DNA of 64,000 bases from Eledone cirrhosa (Eukaryota). The stretch's first letter is position 1. Each line of letters opens with the position of its first letter. The position numbers and the translations under genes were made by a program. The notes beneath the pieces were generated by a model. That model saw nothing but the letters and a program-made list of their open reading frames with translations, was not told where the DNA came from and did no database searches. Below, one piece after another: positions 14,414 through 28,939 of this stretch. Location: positions 73,098,001-73,162,000 of the forward strand of contig OZ024742.1 in assembly GCA_964016885.1 (NCBI GenBank), read 5' to 3'.

Positions 14414-14714
14414 TCATATATACATACACACACATATATACATATACATGGGTTATATTGAACATCAATAATAATGTTTGATCAGTTTGTAAACAAACGG
14501 CTCGATTTGAAGCTGTGCCATGCCGGTGACCGATCGTCACCTGTATGTTCAACACTGGCTTTGAGGAACAATCAAAATGTTTCTGGGTCATTACCCTTCA
14601 TCAGGGCTGTATACCTCTGCCAGTCTGTTGAACAGTTGAAAATATATAGTATTTTCTTAAGTACACATTGGCTGAGTATATAATATATAAATATTATATA
14701 TATATATATATATA

Positions 14715-15162
14715 TACAATATTAAATAAATGGAAAACTATATTTATAAAACCATATTTATTTCATTATATATATTTCGGGGATATCATATTAACAATAT
14801 GCTATGCCTTCATCAGACAAAATACAATATAAACAGTTTTATAGATAAATATATTCAACATACCGTAATAAACATCAACTTCATTACTGCTAGCGTAAAC
14901 CTCTTCAAATGAAGTTGATGTTTATTACGGTATGTTGAATATATTTATCTATAAAACTGTTTATATTGTATTTTGTCTGATGAAGGCATAGCATATTGTT
15001 AATATGATATCCCCGAAATATATATAATGAAATAAATATGGTTTTATAAATATAGTTTTCCATTTATTTAATATTGTAAATATACTCCAAATATTTGTCG
15101 AGTGCTTTTATATCAGTTATAAATATTTACTAGTTGTAACCCAACAATTTTAAATATAACTT

Positions 15163-15165
<3 letters not shown>
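14715..15165. mobile_element. Palindromic Penelope pLTR-like element (171-bp arms, 22-nt loop, ~85-bp one-sided extension) inside a (TA)n tract
   Basis: 14715-14885 is the reverse complement of 14908-15078; same family as 37821-38148 in opposite orientation. Confidence 0.75.
14970..15033 (+). ncRNA. Minimal type-I hammerhead ribozyme (mirror copy on the minus strand in the left arm)
   Basis: attttgt CTGATGA aggcatagcatatt-gtt-aatatgatatcccc GAAA tatat ATA atgaaat: stem I, stem II and a palindromic stem III can all form. Confidence 0.75.
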
Positions 15166-15213
<48 letters not shown>

Positions 15214-15466
15214 TATACTGTGGGACTAACTCTTATATATGTGTGTGTGTGTGTGTATACATATAATATATATATATATATTATTCAAAATATTAATAAA
15301 TGAAAAATATTCTCAATCAAAATATATATTTTATTATACATATTTCAAAGGTACAATGGTGTTTAAGTACGTTTTCATTATGCGACATACCGCTACGGTT
15401 TTGATTATTCAAGTGCTTCTAATCTATTGTAAAATTGAATAATCAACGAACCATATTAATCTTTGG

Positions 15467-15517
<51 letters not shown>

Positions 15518-15520
<3 letters not shown>

Positions 15521-15666
15521 GAGTTAGTTCCACAACAAATTAGCAAACCATACGCGAGGACGCGTGTTTCAGCGAGCAGATTTTCAAGCTGTGTAAGGCT
15601 GCGGTGAGTCGGTGAAACGCGCGTCCTCAAGTATGGTTTGCTTATTTGTTGTGGATCTAACTCTAT
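15518..15666. repeat. Imperfect palindrome (~55-bp arms) next to (TA)n
   Basis: atagagttagttccacaacaaat...gcgtgtttca / tgaaacgcgcgtcctc...gtggatctaactctat. Confidence 0.8.
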
Positions 15667-17739
15667 ACCAAACTCGTCTCCTAGACTAAGTCCACTACTA
15701 ACTATGGATATAACCTCCTGGTGTTTTACCACTGTATATATATAATACATATATATATATATATATGGTTGGAAAATCACTGACGAAGGACTATTTTTAT
15801 ATGTAACCCATGTGCAAACCACGCAGTATTCTTCTTTCTTCTCATGTTTTATATATATAATATATATATGTATATATATATATATACATATATATATGTA
15901 TATATGTTGTATATATGTTTTCTGTTATTAATTCTGGCAATATTATTACACAAATATGACCCTCCCCAAGTATAACAATATTTGTTTCGACACACGATTT
16001 CATATAAAAAAACTCGCAAAACTAATATATATATATATATATATATATATAAACAAACAAACCATTATATTTAGACTCCATCGAACTTTACTGATTATCT
16101 TTGATTATCGCAGAATCAACTCCCTAAGGTATTTGATGTTACAGCTGATGGTGATGATGGTAGTGGTGGTGGTGGTGGTATTGGTGTCTGTAATACACGA
16201 AAGTGTGGAAGAGGAAACAAATATCTCAGTTTGGGACTGACTGGTATTTGGGAGAAGAGGAAGTATTTCAGATGAGAGAGGGAGGTGGAGGGGGTAGAGA
16301 GAGGGGACAAAGAGAGAAAAAGACAAAGAGGGAGAGATGGAGAATGGGAGGGAGAGGGTTAACAGGAAAGTAGAACAACAAATAGAAAATAAAAGTTTTT
16401 CTCACATGGGTTAAGAGAAAGGGGAGGGGTGGTGGGGGTTTGAAAAGTTCAAATCTAAGTTGGGTAGTAGTAGTAGTGGTGGTGGTGTAGTAGTAGTAGT
16501 AATGGTGGTGGTAGTAGTAATAATAGTGGTGATAATACTGATGATGGTGGTGGTAGTGGTAGTAGTAGAACTACTGTGATTCAGTGAGGAGGAGGAGGGA
16601 GAGGCTGACCAGCCATCATCTCAATGGTTTGTCATGAGACTTGGAAATATTCTTTCGAACTACTATTAGACAACAACTCACTGACGGACAAATAAACACT
16701 TTCTACCACCATCTCTCTCTCTCTCTTTCTGTATATATATATATATATATATATACTCATACTTCCAATACTCCACCTTCAATTCTATTCCTTGCCTTCC
16801 TCCACCACCTCTCCGACTTTTCTCTTCTTTCCATCAACAAACTCTATTTTCCTCCATCTTTCACTTTGTCTTTCTCTTCCTCCCCTTCTACCATTCTTCC
16901 TCCTCCCCTAATGTCTAAAACATACAGGCAGATTTTATTTGTTTTACTATTTATCAACTCCCACTCGCTCCCCCACTATACTCAAGGCGTTCTCATCCCC
17001 CCACCCCGCTCATCCTACACTTACGGCCACCCTTATTGCCACCTTCACTCCCCACTACACTTACGGCCTCCCTCACTCCCAAGTTACACTTACGGCATCC
17101 CTCACACTCCCCAGTTACACTCACGACCATTGTTACTCCCTCCCACTCCACTTCCACCCACTCCTTAACTACACACACACACACACACACACTTTCTTTC
17201 ACACTCACTCCCGCAATAATTTACGGCATCCCTCACTCTCACCCTATCACTCACGCAATCTCCTACACACGCTCAACATCCAATTTTTTCCCCTCACACA
17301 CCTTTATAGCCGCCTTTCCCACTAGCTTTCTCTTGCCTTAAATCGAACTGTTTCTCCCCTTCAATATAATAATAAACTCTTCCATATACAGAAAGAAAGG
17401 AAGAAAGAAACGGAGGAGGAGAGTTCAGCAAACAACGTCACAAACACAATGATACACACATACATGTGTGTGTATATGTCTATATATATATATACCCACA
17501 CATATATATATATAGACACACACATATATATATACACACACATATATACATACACATCCAATAGCTTGTCTGTTTCACTCTATGTGTATGAACATGAGTG
17601 TTTTGTGTATGTAGCAGTAGTAACAGTAGTAGTAGTAGTAGTCAGTAGTAGTATTAGTACGTTAGTAGACACATTGTAAAGTGTCCTGTCACTCTGCTAG
17701 TAAAGAGGTCATATCTCATACAACTGTGTCACACAGAAG

Positions 17740-18230
17740 GTTGTGCTGTTGTTGGTAGTGATGATGATGGTGGTGGTGGCTATAAGATGTTAATAGCGAT
17801 GATGATGGTGGTGGCTATAGTTGTTGGTAGTGATGGTGATGGTGGCTATAGTTGTTGGTAGTGATGATAATGGCGGTGGTGGTGGCTATAGTTGTTTATA
17901 GTGATGATAGTGGTGGCGGTGGCTGTAGTTGTTGTTGGTGGTGGTAGCTGTTGGTGGTAGCTGTTGGTGGTGGTGGCTGTAGTTGTTTGTAGTGATGATG
18001 ATGGTGGCTATAGATGTTGGGAGTGATGACGATGGTGGTGGTGACTATAGTTGGTAGTGATGATGGTGGTGGCTATAGGTGTTGATAGTGGCTATAGATA
18101 TTGGTAGTGATGATGATGTTGGCTATAGATGTTGGGAGTGATGATGACGATGGTGGTGAAGGCTATAGTTGTTGGTAGTGATGATGGTGATGGCTATAGA
18201 TGTTAAGAGTGATGATGATGATGGCTATAG
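17740..18230. repeat. Degenerate (GTG/GAT)-rich minisatellite with ggctatag motif
   Basis: Repeated ggtggctatagttgttggtagtgatgat units. Confidence 0.85.
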
Positions 18231-20016
18231 CTGTGTGTATGTATGCTGTATATTTGTCGTTTTACAATGTGTGTGTATATGTTGTATATTTGTCGTATTG
18301 TATGTGTGTATATAACATATTTGTGGTTGGACTGTGTGAGTATATATATATTCGTGGTTGTACTGTGTATATATACATTCATGGTTGTACAGTGTGTATA
18401 TATACATTTGTGGTTGTACTGTTGTATATTTGTGGCTGTACTCTGTGTATGTAGATTTATGCTTGTACTGTGTGTGTATATATTTGTGGTTGTATTGTGT
18501 GTGTGTACTCTGTATGTGTATATTGTATATGTGGTTATACTGTGCGTGTGAATATTTGTGGTTCTCTGTACGTGTGTATTGTATATTTGTGGTTATACCG
18601 TCTATGTATTTATCGTACTGTGTGTGTATTTATGGTTATACTGTTTGAGTGTATTGACTATACAGTGTACGTATGTATGACGTGTAATATATGTATGTAT
18701 AGATTGTCTGCTGTTGTATGTATAGAATGATGTGTGTAGTGTAGTGTATTAAACCACACGTCAACCTTTATTGAATAGACATGATCAAAAGCGTTCCAGT
18801 CGCGACCATCGTGTATTTTTCCCAGACACAGTGTATCTAAGACCACATTATTAAATGTATGTGGTTTCGTGGTTTCATGGTGATTTAACTGCTATTTCTA
18901 AGAGATCAAATGACCGTATAGATGCTCCCTCGTGTACTGTGTGTGTGTACGTATTGCCTGTGTGTGGTGTGTAAAAGTCCGATAGGCAATCATTAGATTC
19001 CGGGTTCGATCCCACCACATGACATCTTAACCAAGTATCGTTTACAATAGCTTCAGGTTGACCTAAACCTTGTGGGAGGCAGAGACTGTTTGGAAGCCCA
19101 TCGGATAGACTGTACTGTACCTCAAGGGGCCAACCTTGTCAAATACCGTTATGGGTATACGTGTTTGTGGAATACTCAGCCTTCTAGATGTTAATTCCAT
19201 AAGCAGGTTGATCTAAAAACTGGAAACAGTCACCATCGAACCCGACGGAGCTCCTTCCATAAAGTGTGTAATAAAATGTGTATAACCGTGTAGCAGAAAC
19301 ATATATAGATATATACACACGTAAATGTGTGTTTATTACAAAAGGCCGCGTGGATATTGAATGAGTGCTTTATAGACACACACTTGCAGACAAGACCAGT
19401 TTTAAGATGTTTTGACTCAGGTCAAACATGAGCATGTGGACGTATGGTGATGGTAGTAGTAGTAGTAGTAGTAGATGTGTATCTCAGAATTCTCAATACT
19501 TTAGGTAACTTACCAAATGATAGACATGCAGAGACAGAGAGATAGTGGCTATCTGGCCACTTAGCTGGACCTACAAAATGTTAGATGACCTAGTGCCACA
19601 AATTATCTTGTATGTCATCAGTCCCCATAGCAACCAGCACTGTGTCTGAGTGCTGGTTTCTATGGAGTGAATTCACTCTTAATGTCCTCTGTCACAGGAA
19701 ACCACAAGAGAAGGACATACTTAAAAAGTATAAAAAGGTATTGTGACTACATCCCATTCAAAATTAAAGTCTTTCAATGTTGCAAGTTTTCATTCTGATC
19801 TATTTGTCCACTAGTAAAGATATTATAAATATTTGAGTCAACAAAGCTATCATTTAAAGATGTCTTTTGCTAAAGCATTACAAGATATTAATTAAATAAT
19901 GAATGTTATAGCCCCAAAAGTTATCTCCAAAAAGTTCCCTATAGTGCCATATGGAATCAGGTAACTATTATAGACAACACACCCTGTAGGAAGAAAATGT
20001 ACATATGTTAGTCATC

Positions 20017-21450
20017 TTTTTCACCCACATATTCCTGTGAGGGTTGTGGGGGCAGAGTCTTCAAGCATGTCTTCCAGTGAGTTCAATTGATCATGCTGAA
20101 TCCCCAAATGAGACCAGCCAAGCTCAAGGATGTTATCCAGCCATGTTGGTCGGGGTTTAACCTCAGGTCTCCTGCCAGTTGATTTTGCCCGTAAAATCTG
20201 TCCAGCAATTCTTTCTTGAAACATTTTAACCACATGCCCTGTGAGCTGTGATCTCTCAATTTGGAGAAGTAACGGCTCTACCTGGAGTGACTCTCTGATC
20301 TCCGAGCTACACACTCTATCGAGTAACGTTACTCCAGAGACCCTTTGGAGGAACAACATTTCGGCTACTTATATTCTTTCAGTCATTACCAAAGATACAT
20401 TATTATAGGTAAGGGTTGGCACGACTACCGAACTGAAGATAGCAAGTTTGGCTCTTACACATACCTCCTGTCTTATGATGACTAAATGCTGAATCTGATG
20501 CATTACTACACCAGCTTTTACAATTCTTGCCCATAATTCAGCCACCTACCTTCCACCACTCTTTAACACAACCCCAAGATACTTTAACTTCTCCACCTAC
20601 TTCATTGGAACTCCTCACCCATGTAGAGTGCACTGCACAGGCTTCCTTGAGAGTACAAGTGTCTCAGTATTTGCACCACTGATTTTCAGTATTCGGCAGC
20701 AAACCTATCAAGTGCATCTCTGATGAGTTAAGTAATATAATGTCTTCTGCAAATTCCAACCAACTGATCCTGTAGCTGCCAGTCATGATACAACTTCCAA
20801 CCTGGCTGTGCATGTCAATCCTGTTCATGTAAATAATGAACAGGAGAGGTGAGAGAATGTTGTCTTGGTGGAGTCCATCTCCCACATTGAATGGTTTCGA
20901 TTTAGCACACTTTATCCAACATAAAATACTTGGGCATTCATATGGAGACTTCAGGGCAACAAAAAGCTATCCATCAATCCCATACTCCTGCAAAACTTTC
21001 CATGACAGGTCCCGTGGAACATGGTTGTATACCATTTTGAGATTTACGAAACAAATAGACATCTCTTGGCAGTACTCCCAACGATTTCTCAAAGACCTGC
21101 TGCAATGTGAATATTTGGTCAGCTGGGCTGCTCCGGAAAGAAAGCCACACTGTTTGTCAGCTAGCTTGGACTCAACAATATCCCTATATCTCTTTGCCAG
21201 ACACTTAGCATAGACTTTACTGTGGAGGCTTAAAAAGAAGATCTCTATATAATTGGAGCACTCTCTCTTGTCTCCCTTTTTGAAAATTGGGATTATCACT
21301 GCCAATTCTAAGGCACCTTTACAGAGATCCAGGCCATGGCACACACAAGTCAGCCAGAGAATACCTTCTCAATTTAAGGCTTTTAATATCTGCCTGAATT
21401 TTATTCTCCCCAGCATCTTGCCATATTTGAGCTCTTTAACTGCTTTTGTG
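20017..21450 (-). mobile_element. RTE LINE family B, degenerate RT
   Basis: ORF pieces IIPIFKKGDKRECSNY, CFVNLKMVYNHVPR, LSPLLFIIYMNRI, LEFAED; homologous to 52405-54180. Confidence 0.9.
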
Positions 21451-23573
21451 TTAGTCTGTTTATAAAATCTATGTTCTATTCATGCTGCACACACATATAT
21501 TATATGGTAGTGTGTGGAAACATATATAAACAAGATGCAGGGACTAAGCCCGTCTGAGAGGTCATGTAGTTCTGATTATGTACTGACTTTGTCTGTGATG
21601 ACCCATCCAACCTAGCAGTGAAAGTGGACATTAACTGATGATGATATTGATGATGATACATGAGTGAATCTATAAAAGCCACTGTGTATTTGGTTGGCAT
21701 ATTAGAAATTACACCCTACAGTTTTGAAAAGGGAAGGGTACATTAGATAATGTTGTCCTAGATATGAAATGTCAAAAAAAGAAATGGCTGGAACACCTTT
21801 GATCATTGGTCTACAATAGCATGCACAAAATATACAATAACATACACACATAAAATATACAATAACATACATACACACACACACAAACATAAAATATACG
21901 CAGTTTACATCTTGATGGATCACCGTCTTAATCATCATCAGTAACAGCAGCATTGTATATCTGCTTTCCACATTGGCACAGGCTGGACAGGTGTTGACAG
22001 TCCACAGTCTTTAATTGAAGTTACTGCCCTTTTAGACAGGTCAGAGGACCATGTCTCACTCATGCATTGGTCCTATTCCTGGATACCATTTCTAATATTA
22101 ACCATGTTACAGACTGTATTGGATGCATTTTATTGTGGATCAGTCTCCCCCACTTTGTCTTATGTCTTCCTAAGTCTCTGTATGTCCACATTTCATCTAC
22201 TTCAGGTGCTCAACACTTCTTAACACAACTGACATTCTTCATACATGGCACTGTGTGGAAAACTGTAAAATGCATTATACCTGTAATTCAAACGTCCACA
22301 CATGTGACATTGTGTTACACTGATTATGCCTAATACTTATGTTAAAAGTACGTGAGTCTGTAGAAGACTTACATGTTAATTTGACAAGTTGGAAGTTCAG
22401 TTTTTATGGAAAGTTAATAAGAAAGAAGGGAAAAGAACCAATTTTCAGATTGGGTTAAAGAAACAATGATTACATTGGTTTTTCCATTGCTGATACTTCT
22501 GGCAGAAGAAACAACGTGAAATAAAGTATTTTGTTCAAGAACACAACGCATCACCTGATCTAGGAGTCAAACCCACAACCTTATGATTGTGAGTTCAACA
22601 ATTTAACCACTGGGCCACCTGCTTTCAAGTAGTAAAAGTTTTCATTTTTTTTCCTTCTTGCTCTGGTTATAGATAAATAATTTGTTTATATTGTTTACCG
22701 CTATTTAGAGTTAAAGAAATAAAATTTAATAAAGGTTATATTTGATATAGTTGTGAAGTCTGGCTTGGAAGAAAGCTGACTTTTTAACCTATTATTTCAC
22801 ATTCAGTTGTTATGTCTTAATGTCTTGTCACTCAAACAATGGAACAGTTGAAGGGGGTCACCACTGTTGGGCTGTGCTTAGAGCATTAGTTGGTCTTAAT
22901 CTGATCCTGATTATAGCCTCAAATACTAACTACAGTGTTTCTCCTAATATAAGACTAGCAGAGGTACCCGGCAGAGACGAATCCAGCGATAACAGTTTAT
23001 AGTTGGTGGCCCTGAAGAGGACCTTTTAACGTTCACTTTGAAATATCTCAGCGGCAGTGCTGCCAGCAAAGATGAATCCGATGGTAACAATTTAAACTTG
23101 GTGGCCCTGAAGAGGGCCTTGGATCGTTCACTCTTAAACGTCCCAGCAGCAGAGCTGTCAGCAAAGATGACTCCAATTAGAGGTGGTGGCCCGTAAGAAG
23201 TCCTTCACACCACTTTGGTGTGTCATATTTGCTTTGCTTGTTATTTGAGATTGTAACCTAGAAAAGCATGTAACAGTCGGTGGCCACAAAAACGGCCTTT
23301 GCAAGATCACGCTGGAATGTCAAAAAAATGTGTAAATAATGTGTAGGGAAAAGTAGATTAATTAGGTTAAAACTATGAAACATCGATAGCTAAGCGTAAT
23401 AGCAACATATAAATACGGAAAACAGAGACATTGAACGTTTATAATGTAAAGCAAAAGCAGCCTCAGAGGCGTGCGTGGTATTGTCAAAAGGACAAAAAAT
23501 AGCACACGGATACAGCAAATGTAACCACTTATACAAAACAAAAACAGCGATTACTTGTTAGTGGATGGGGTGC

Positions 23574-26500
23574 CTACAAAACTTCCTTATAGACTATATT
23601 ATTGGTTTTCTTGCGAGTTGCAAAAGCAAATAGGTTATGTCGGCTCCCCACTCGAGAGCAGCCAACATATAGTTGACCATGGGAGAAGCACGGTTCTTCT
23701 AAATTAAGCCCTACTACTGTCAGCGTTTGACCCTGTGATTTGTTAATCGACATGGCGAAACTGAGCCGAAGAGGGAATTGCAGCCTTCTGAATGTGAAAG
23801 GAATGTCTTTACCGGATGGAATGAGAGGTATCCTTGGTATGAAGACAGTATCCCCCTTACCACATCCTGTAAGTATTGTTGCCTCAATAACATGAGGCAT
23901 CGCCTTTTGGACGACCAGGCGCGTGCTGTTGGAAAGCCTTCGGAGTTCCAAATTCCTGAGGAGCATAACAGGGGCACCTTTCTTAAGTCGCAGTAAGTGT
24001 GGTGGCAATCCGGGAGGGTCTAGGGAGTTAAGAAATTCTGTGGGGTAATTAACAATTTCGTCCGGATCAGCCATAGAATCAAGGGACTTGTAGACGTGCA
24101 GGTTTCTAGGCAAGCACAGCATGAGCTGTTCATTGATGTTTCCAACTATGTGGTTTTTCAAAGCCAATATGGCGCATTCACACAACCACTCTTTATTTGT
24201 GTAGTTCTCCTCAAGAAAAACAGACGTCCGTAACTCAGCAATTGACTTAACACATCTGCAAATCCCTGTGAGGTCCGCTGCACCATCTCCGTCGAGTGGG
24301 ACTTTGCCATCTCCCAATGACAAAATGGCAGCAGCAAAACCCGCTGATGTCTCATCACCTTGCAGTTGTGCTCTCATGTTTTTTGTAAGTGTCAGCTTTC
24401 TTACATAACGCTAAAGTGGGGAGGCCTTAAGGCATGCACCAACCTCATCAGCCCGCGTACTTTTTGGGATTACAGGCAGAGTCTGTCGGAAGCCCTCAGA
24501 TAACAGGAAAGTGACACCTCCCATTGGTTCTTGACAGTCCCTGATGTCTCTGAGTACTGGTCTAATGCCTTGTGGGCCATTGTGCATTCATCCCAAACAA
24601 TTAGTAGGCAGCGCTTTAACACCAGTGCTTTTCTGGAAGACTTGCAAATGTTGCACGTGGGTGTCTCAGATGATGCCACATTGAGAGGAACACTGAAGGC
24701 AGAATGGGCCGTCCTGCCTGCCACCAGGCAGAAAGTTGCTGCAATGCCGGAAGAAGCCACAGCCAATGCGATGTTTCCATGTTGCCTCACTGCAGCGAGT
24801 AAAAGTTTGATTACAAATGTTTTTCCCTTGCCTCCAGGTGCGTCCAGGAAGAATATATCCCCTCCCCAATTACGGATGGAATCAACGACATTGTTTTTGA
24901 ATTCATCGACATCATATGACGTTTCACTTATAATGCCGTTGGGAATGTCAAATGGCGCATCTCGAAGTGTTTGCGGAAGCCTATATATCTCCAAGACATC
25001 TCCGCCCATTGAAGCCACTCTGTCTTCAATATTGATCAGAGCTCTGTTATATATAGCGTCTGAAAAGCCGACATCTAAGTTTTGAGATTGCAATTGAGCG
25101 AGACGCCTATATTCGTCTGCGAAATCATCTTTAAACTTTTGCCATAAAGAGTAAGTATCGCTCAATTCACAGACGTGCAAGAGGATAGCAAAAAGTGCTC
25201 TTAGACTACGGGATGATTGTGAGATGGCAGCTTCCGTCAAGGTTGCATCCCATTGTCGGTCATCTTCTAAAAGTCCACACCTCAAGCAGGCTTCTCTGTA
25301 CGTTCCGCAGACATATCCATCGACGGTTCTCAGATGAGTGAAGCTGGTCGGCCCTCTTACCTCATGAAGCAGAAGTCGCAGGTAGAAGCATTCGTGTTGG
25401 GTAGGGTGAACCGTATAAACTCGCCCAAGGCAATTGTCGAATTTGATGCCTGGATGTCCAGCCACCTCTTGCCCTACCTTCCTTCATAGCCATTTTGTCC
25501 GGTTCCATGTATAGTAAGACGGTATTTCAGAATACAGCAGAGTTCGAGCGAAGTCGTCGTGTTGACAAAGTTTGAAAAAAGCGGTGAGTGTAGTTTCCCT
25601 TGGTGAAATCGCTAGCTGAGCAGCTGTTGCATCATTGAAATACACCTGTTGACCGTTATCAAGGTGAACGGCAAGTTGTTTAATGACGGGGTGTCATTGG
25701 TGCAGTGGGAAGCCAAAAATGTGCCAAAAGGCTTCATTGCTGCTAATGTATCGGCCTGCTTGGTAGTCAGATACCTCGTCTCTACTGCATTGAACGCTTT
25801 CAAGAGGAGGGGGCAATATGGCACTATCCAGCTGTTGTCGATTTCGCGCTCACCAACTTTTGCTGTGAACCCACCGTCTTCAGGTCTCCTGCGCCTATAC
25901 AACGGATATTCGTCACCGCCAGTCTGTGTTTCCTGTAAAAACGGCCTGGGATATTGTTTGTACACTTTCTGTCATGTATGCACGGAGACTTCATATTGAG
26001 TCCATGTCCACAAGAACCATGGACCATGTTTGATGTGATTATAGAGAAGAGGTCCTTGTCAATCAACGGATCAGGTAGTTCGGCAGAAATGAATTTGTAA
26101 ATGTAGTTTGAACTGATTTTTGTAACCAACCAAATCAAGATATGGGCATGCAGCAGTCCTCATTTCAGCCCAGAAACCTGTCCTTTCTTTAATAAATCCA
26201 TTAATTGGGATAATTTCAGGCGAAACACTCTTGCTATGAGATTGTGCCTGTGTCTTGGCGCTTGACCGTGGAACAGTTCGGATGTAATCTCTTTCCACTT
26301 GGGATTGCATGTAAACGCTATGAAAAGGTTGGGGCGCCCATAATGTTGTACGTAAGTCATGGTGTCCTGAGTCCTCTCGTGCATGTATCGGGGTCCCCCT
26401 GTGAACGTTGAAGACAAAATACACACTTGCCCTAAATTGTCTGGGGATATGTCATTGTTAATTCCATCGCGTAGATGAATGTAGCATTCAGATTGAAGTT

Positions 26501-27894
26501 TCTTTTGATTTAATTTAATAAACCATAATCTCTCGGACTCCATTTTAACGGCCATATCAACAGCAAATTGTTGGAAAAGGTCCCGAGAACGGTGTAGATG
26601 GTTGAATGAATTGTCCCTTACCATAAATCGGAAAGCGTAAAAATCCATGCAGGTGACAGTTTTGTTAAGATGTGCCTCACCATTGCCTGCTGAATGTTGA
26701 GGAATGCCGAAATGGTATCCGTCCTCGCCGTTGACAAATAACAATGGATACTGGAGTGCATCGTAGGACCTGTGTGTCTCATTGATATGCTGTAATGTGC
26801 TGTCTCGGTGCTTTAGAATGATATCTCTCTTGTGCTGTTTACCACAAATAACTGCAGCAATCTCATTATATGTTGGTGCGTTGAACCGACCAGCGTGTTC
26901 TCCAGATGGCCTTCGGTCAGCATGTATGACCACACTAAAGTGTGTTTCCAAAGCGTACTTGAAACTGTGAACATAGCTGTTTTTGTCATGAAGCATTTCT
27001 TGAAGTTTTATTATGGTTCCAATGTTAGTTTCGGACGAAATAGAGTTTCGCATCTCTGCCTGCTCCTGATAGTTTCCAACGAAGTACAACTGAAGAAATT
27101 GAGGATACTTTTCTGCCAAGAGGCTGAATAGACCCAATCAAGTGGTAGATCTGTCCCTGGACCTTGAAAGTTGGCATGAACCCACGTTCCAAGGCAAGCT
27201 TTGCTCTGAAGGATGTCATCTGAAACGCGGAATTGTATTGGGGTGGATATTACGCAGAAACTTCGATGATTCCTCTGTCGTGTCTGTCAAAAGAGTTGCA
27301 ATGTCTCTGGAGGGTCGTGAATAGGAGGTAGTCTAACTTTACTGTTTGAACAGCACATTCCATCTCTCTCCCCTGGCCCCTTTTCATACGACAAAACTGA
27401 CAAGTAGAGGTCATTTCCCCAATTTGAATATCTGCATGGATGGCGTAGTCGGAGGAGGGGTCGTAGTTGCAACCATCATGAATTGCAAGTCCTAGAAATG
27501 CCACGTAACGATGATCGCCGCTGTTCACTTTGCAGAAGTCGGCCACGTCGTTGCTCTATGGATTCAGTATTTCGTGCAGCAGCAGTCAAACGGTGCGTCG
27601 TCCTTCATCCTCTTGAGCGCGAGCAGTGGCTGTTGCAGCGGCATCCTTGCTTCGTCGAACGGCACGTCGTCCTTCATCCTCTCGAGCGCGAGCAGCAGCA
27701 GTCGCAGCAGCATCTTTGTTCTGTTGAAGTTCACGTTGACTGTCATCCTCCTCCGCTCTTACAGCTGCTGTCTGCACAGCATTCTGTGAGAGCCTGATCG
27801 CAGTCGCATTTACATCTTCGGTGAGACGCCTTCGCTTAGACCTACTTGTACCATTAGATAATCGACCAATGAAAGTTCTTTTCTTGGGGGCCAT
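23574..27894 (-). pseudogene. Helitron Rep/PIF1-helicase (RepHel), frameshifted
   Basis: Pieces MAPKKR..., PTFKVQGQIYHLIGS, SYDALQYPLLF..GEDGY, GGPRYM..FIAFTCNPKW, HUH remnant RGLLHAHILIWL, Walker A DAPGGKGKT, IVWDE, QFPLRLSFAMSINKSQGQT, GQLYVGCSRV; spread over several frames. Confidence 0.93.
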
Positions 27895-28939
27895 TGTTTT
27901 TAGAAAATTAACCAGGGAGAACGATAAATAGTGGACAAATAACGTTTAAGTAAGCAAATCTAAACACGGATATAAATTGTGAAAAAATGTGATAAATCTA
28001 TTTGGTCTGAGAAAGTGGGAATGTTTTGCAAGATTTTGTGTACCAATCAAATTTCAGGTTTTAAGTTAGGGGCAACGCAGCATACAAACTACCTGTGATA
28101 AAGGAAATTAAATAGTGTGGCTACAGTGGTAGGTATATAAGTGTCAGTATGTTTGTTCAGTTTGAATATAGCAATAAGTAAGTACTAACCATTGAAAGCA
28201 TACAGGCAAAAATGGCCGAAAAATCACAGCATGATAAACTGGAACATTATGACCATAAATACATTAACTAAATCTCCTTTAATGTAACAAATGTTGAAGA
28301 AGCATGCGTTTCAGAAACATGGGGTAGCTTATGAGAGTACGCATGTAAAAAAAAACCAACCACTTGTCAAAAGCCAAAAAAGAAGTGTGATCCTAGGTCG
28401 GACTTGACCGATATAAATAGGAGTGATTTCACTCAATGAACAACACTCGAGTTGTCTGATTGGTTAGATAATACAAATAAGTGTGATGAAGTCTACTGAA
28501 CACAACTCACTGATGTGTGGTTGGCCAGATGTTGCAATTTCGCACTTAATTGAGGTGCAATTAAACGGGGTAGACAACCGGGTGCAAAAACTAATCAATC
28601 ATTTGCACAGTTTAGACATGAGTGTGAAATAGAACAATCCTCATACAGTAGGCGTTAAAATTTACACCTGGGTTAAATCGCGCTTTCTTGCTTAGGAGTG
28701 TGAAATGACGCCAAAGTTCAAGGAAAAAATTTAACTCCTCATTCCGCACTTAATTGCGGCGCAATTACACGGGGGAGACAACCGGGTGTAAAATTAAATT
28801 CAATCATCCTAAAGTTAAGTCAGGGGGATTTAAAAATTCGCTACTCCATTTGTAGGACATGAGTAACCGATGCGTCAACTTTCGTTTAAATTGACTTTTA
28901 TTTCCAGAAGTTGAAATGCTTTGCTGCAACCATAATATG

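Noticed and set aside
1359-18730. Many ORFs rich in H/T, V/C, Y/I or poly-V/P
   Set aside because: They are translations of (CA)n, (TA)n, (GTG)n and (TC)n microsatellites, not genes
19513-19738. Candidate micro-exons (minus ~19514-19570 with GTAAGT donor; plus ~19698-19737)
   Set aside because: Splice-like signals only; peptides match nothing I recognise, including ATG10
23574-24377. Host PIF1 helicase gene
   Set aside because: Intronless, continuous with Rep motifs and enclosed by Helitron termini
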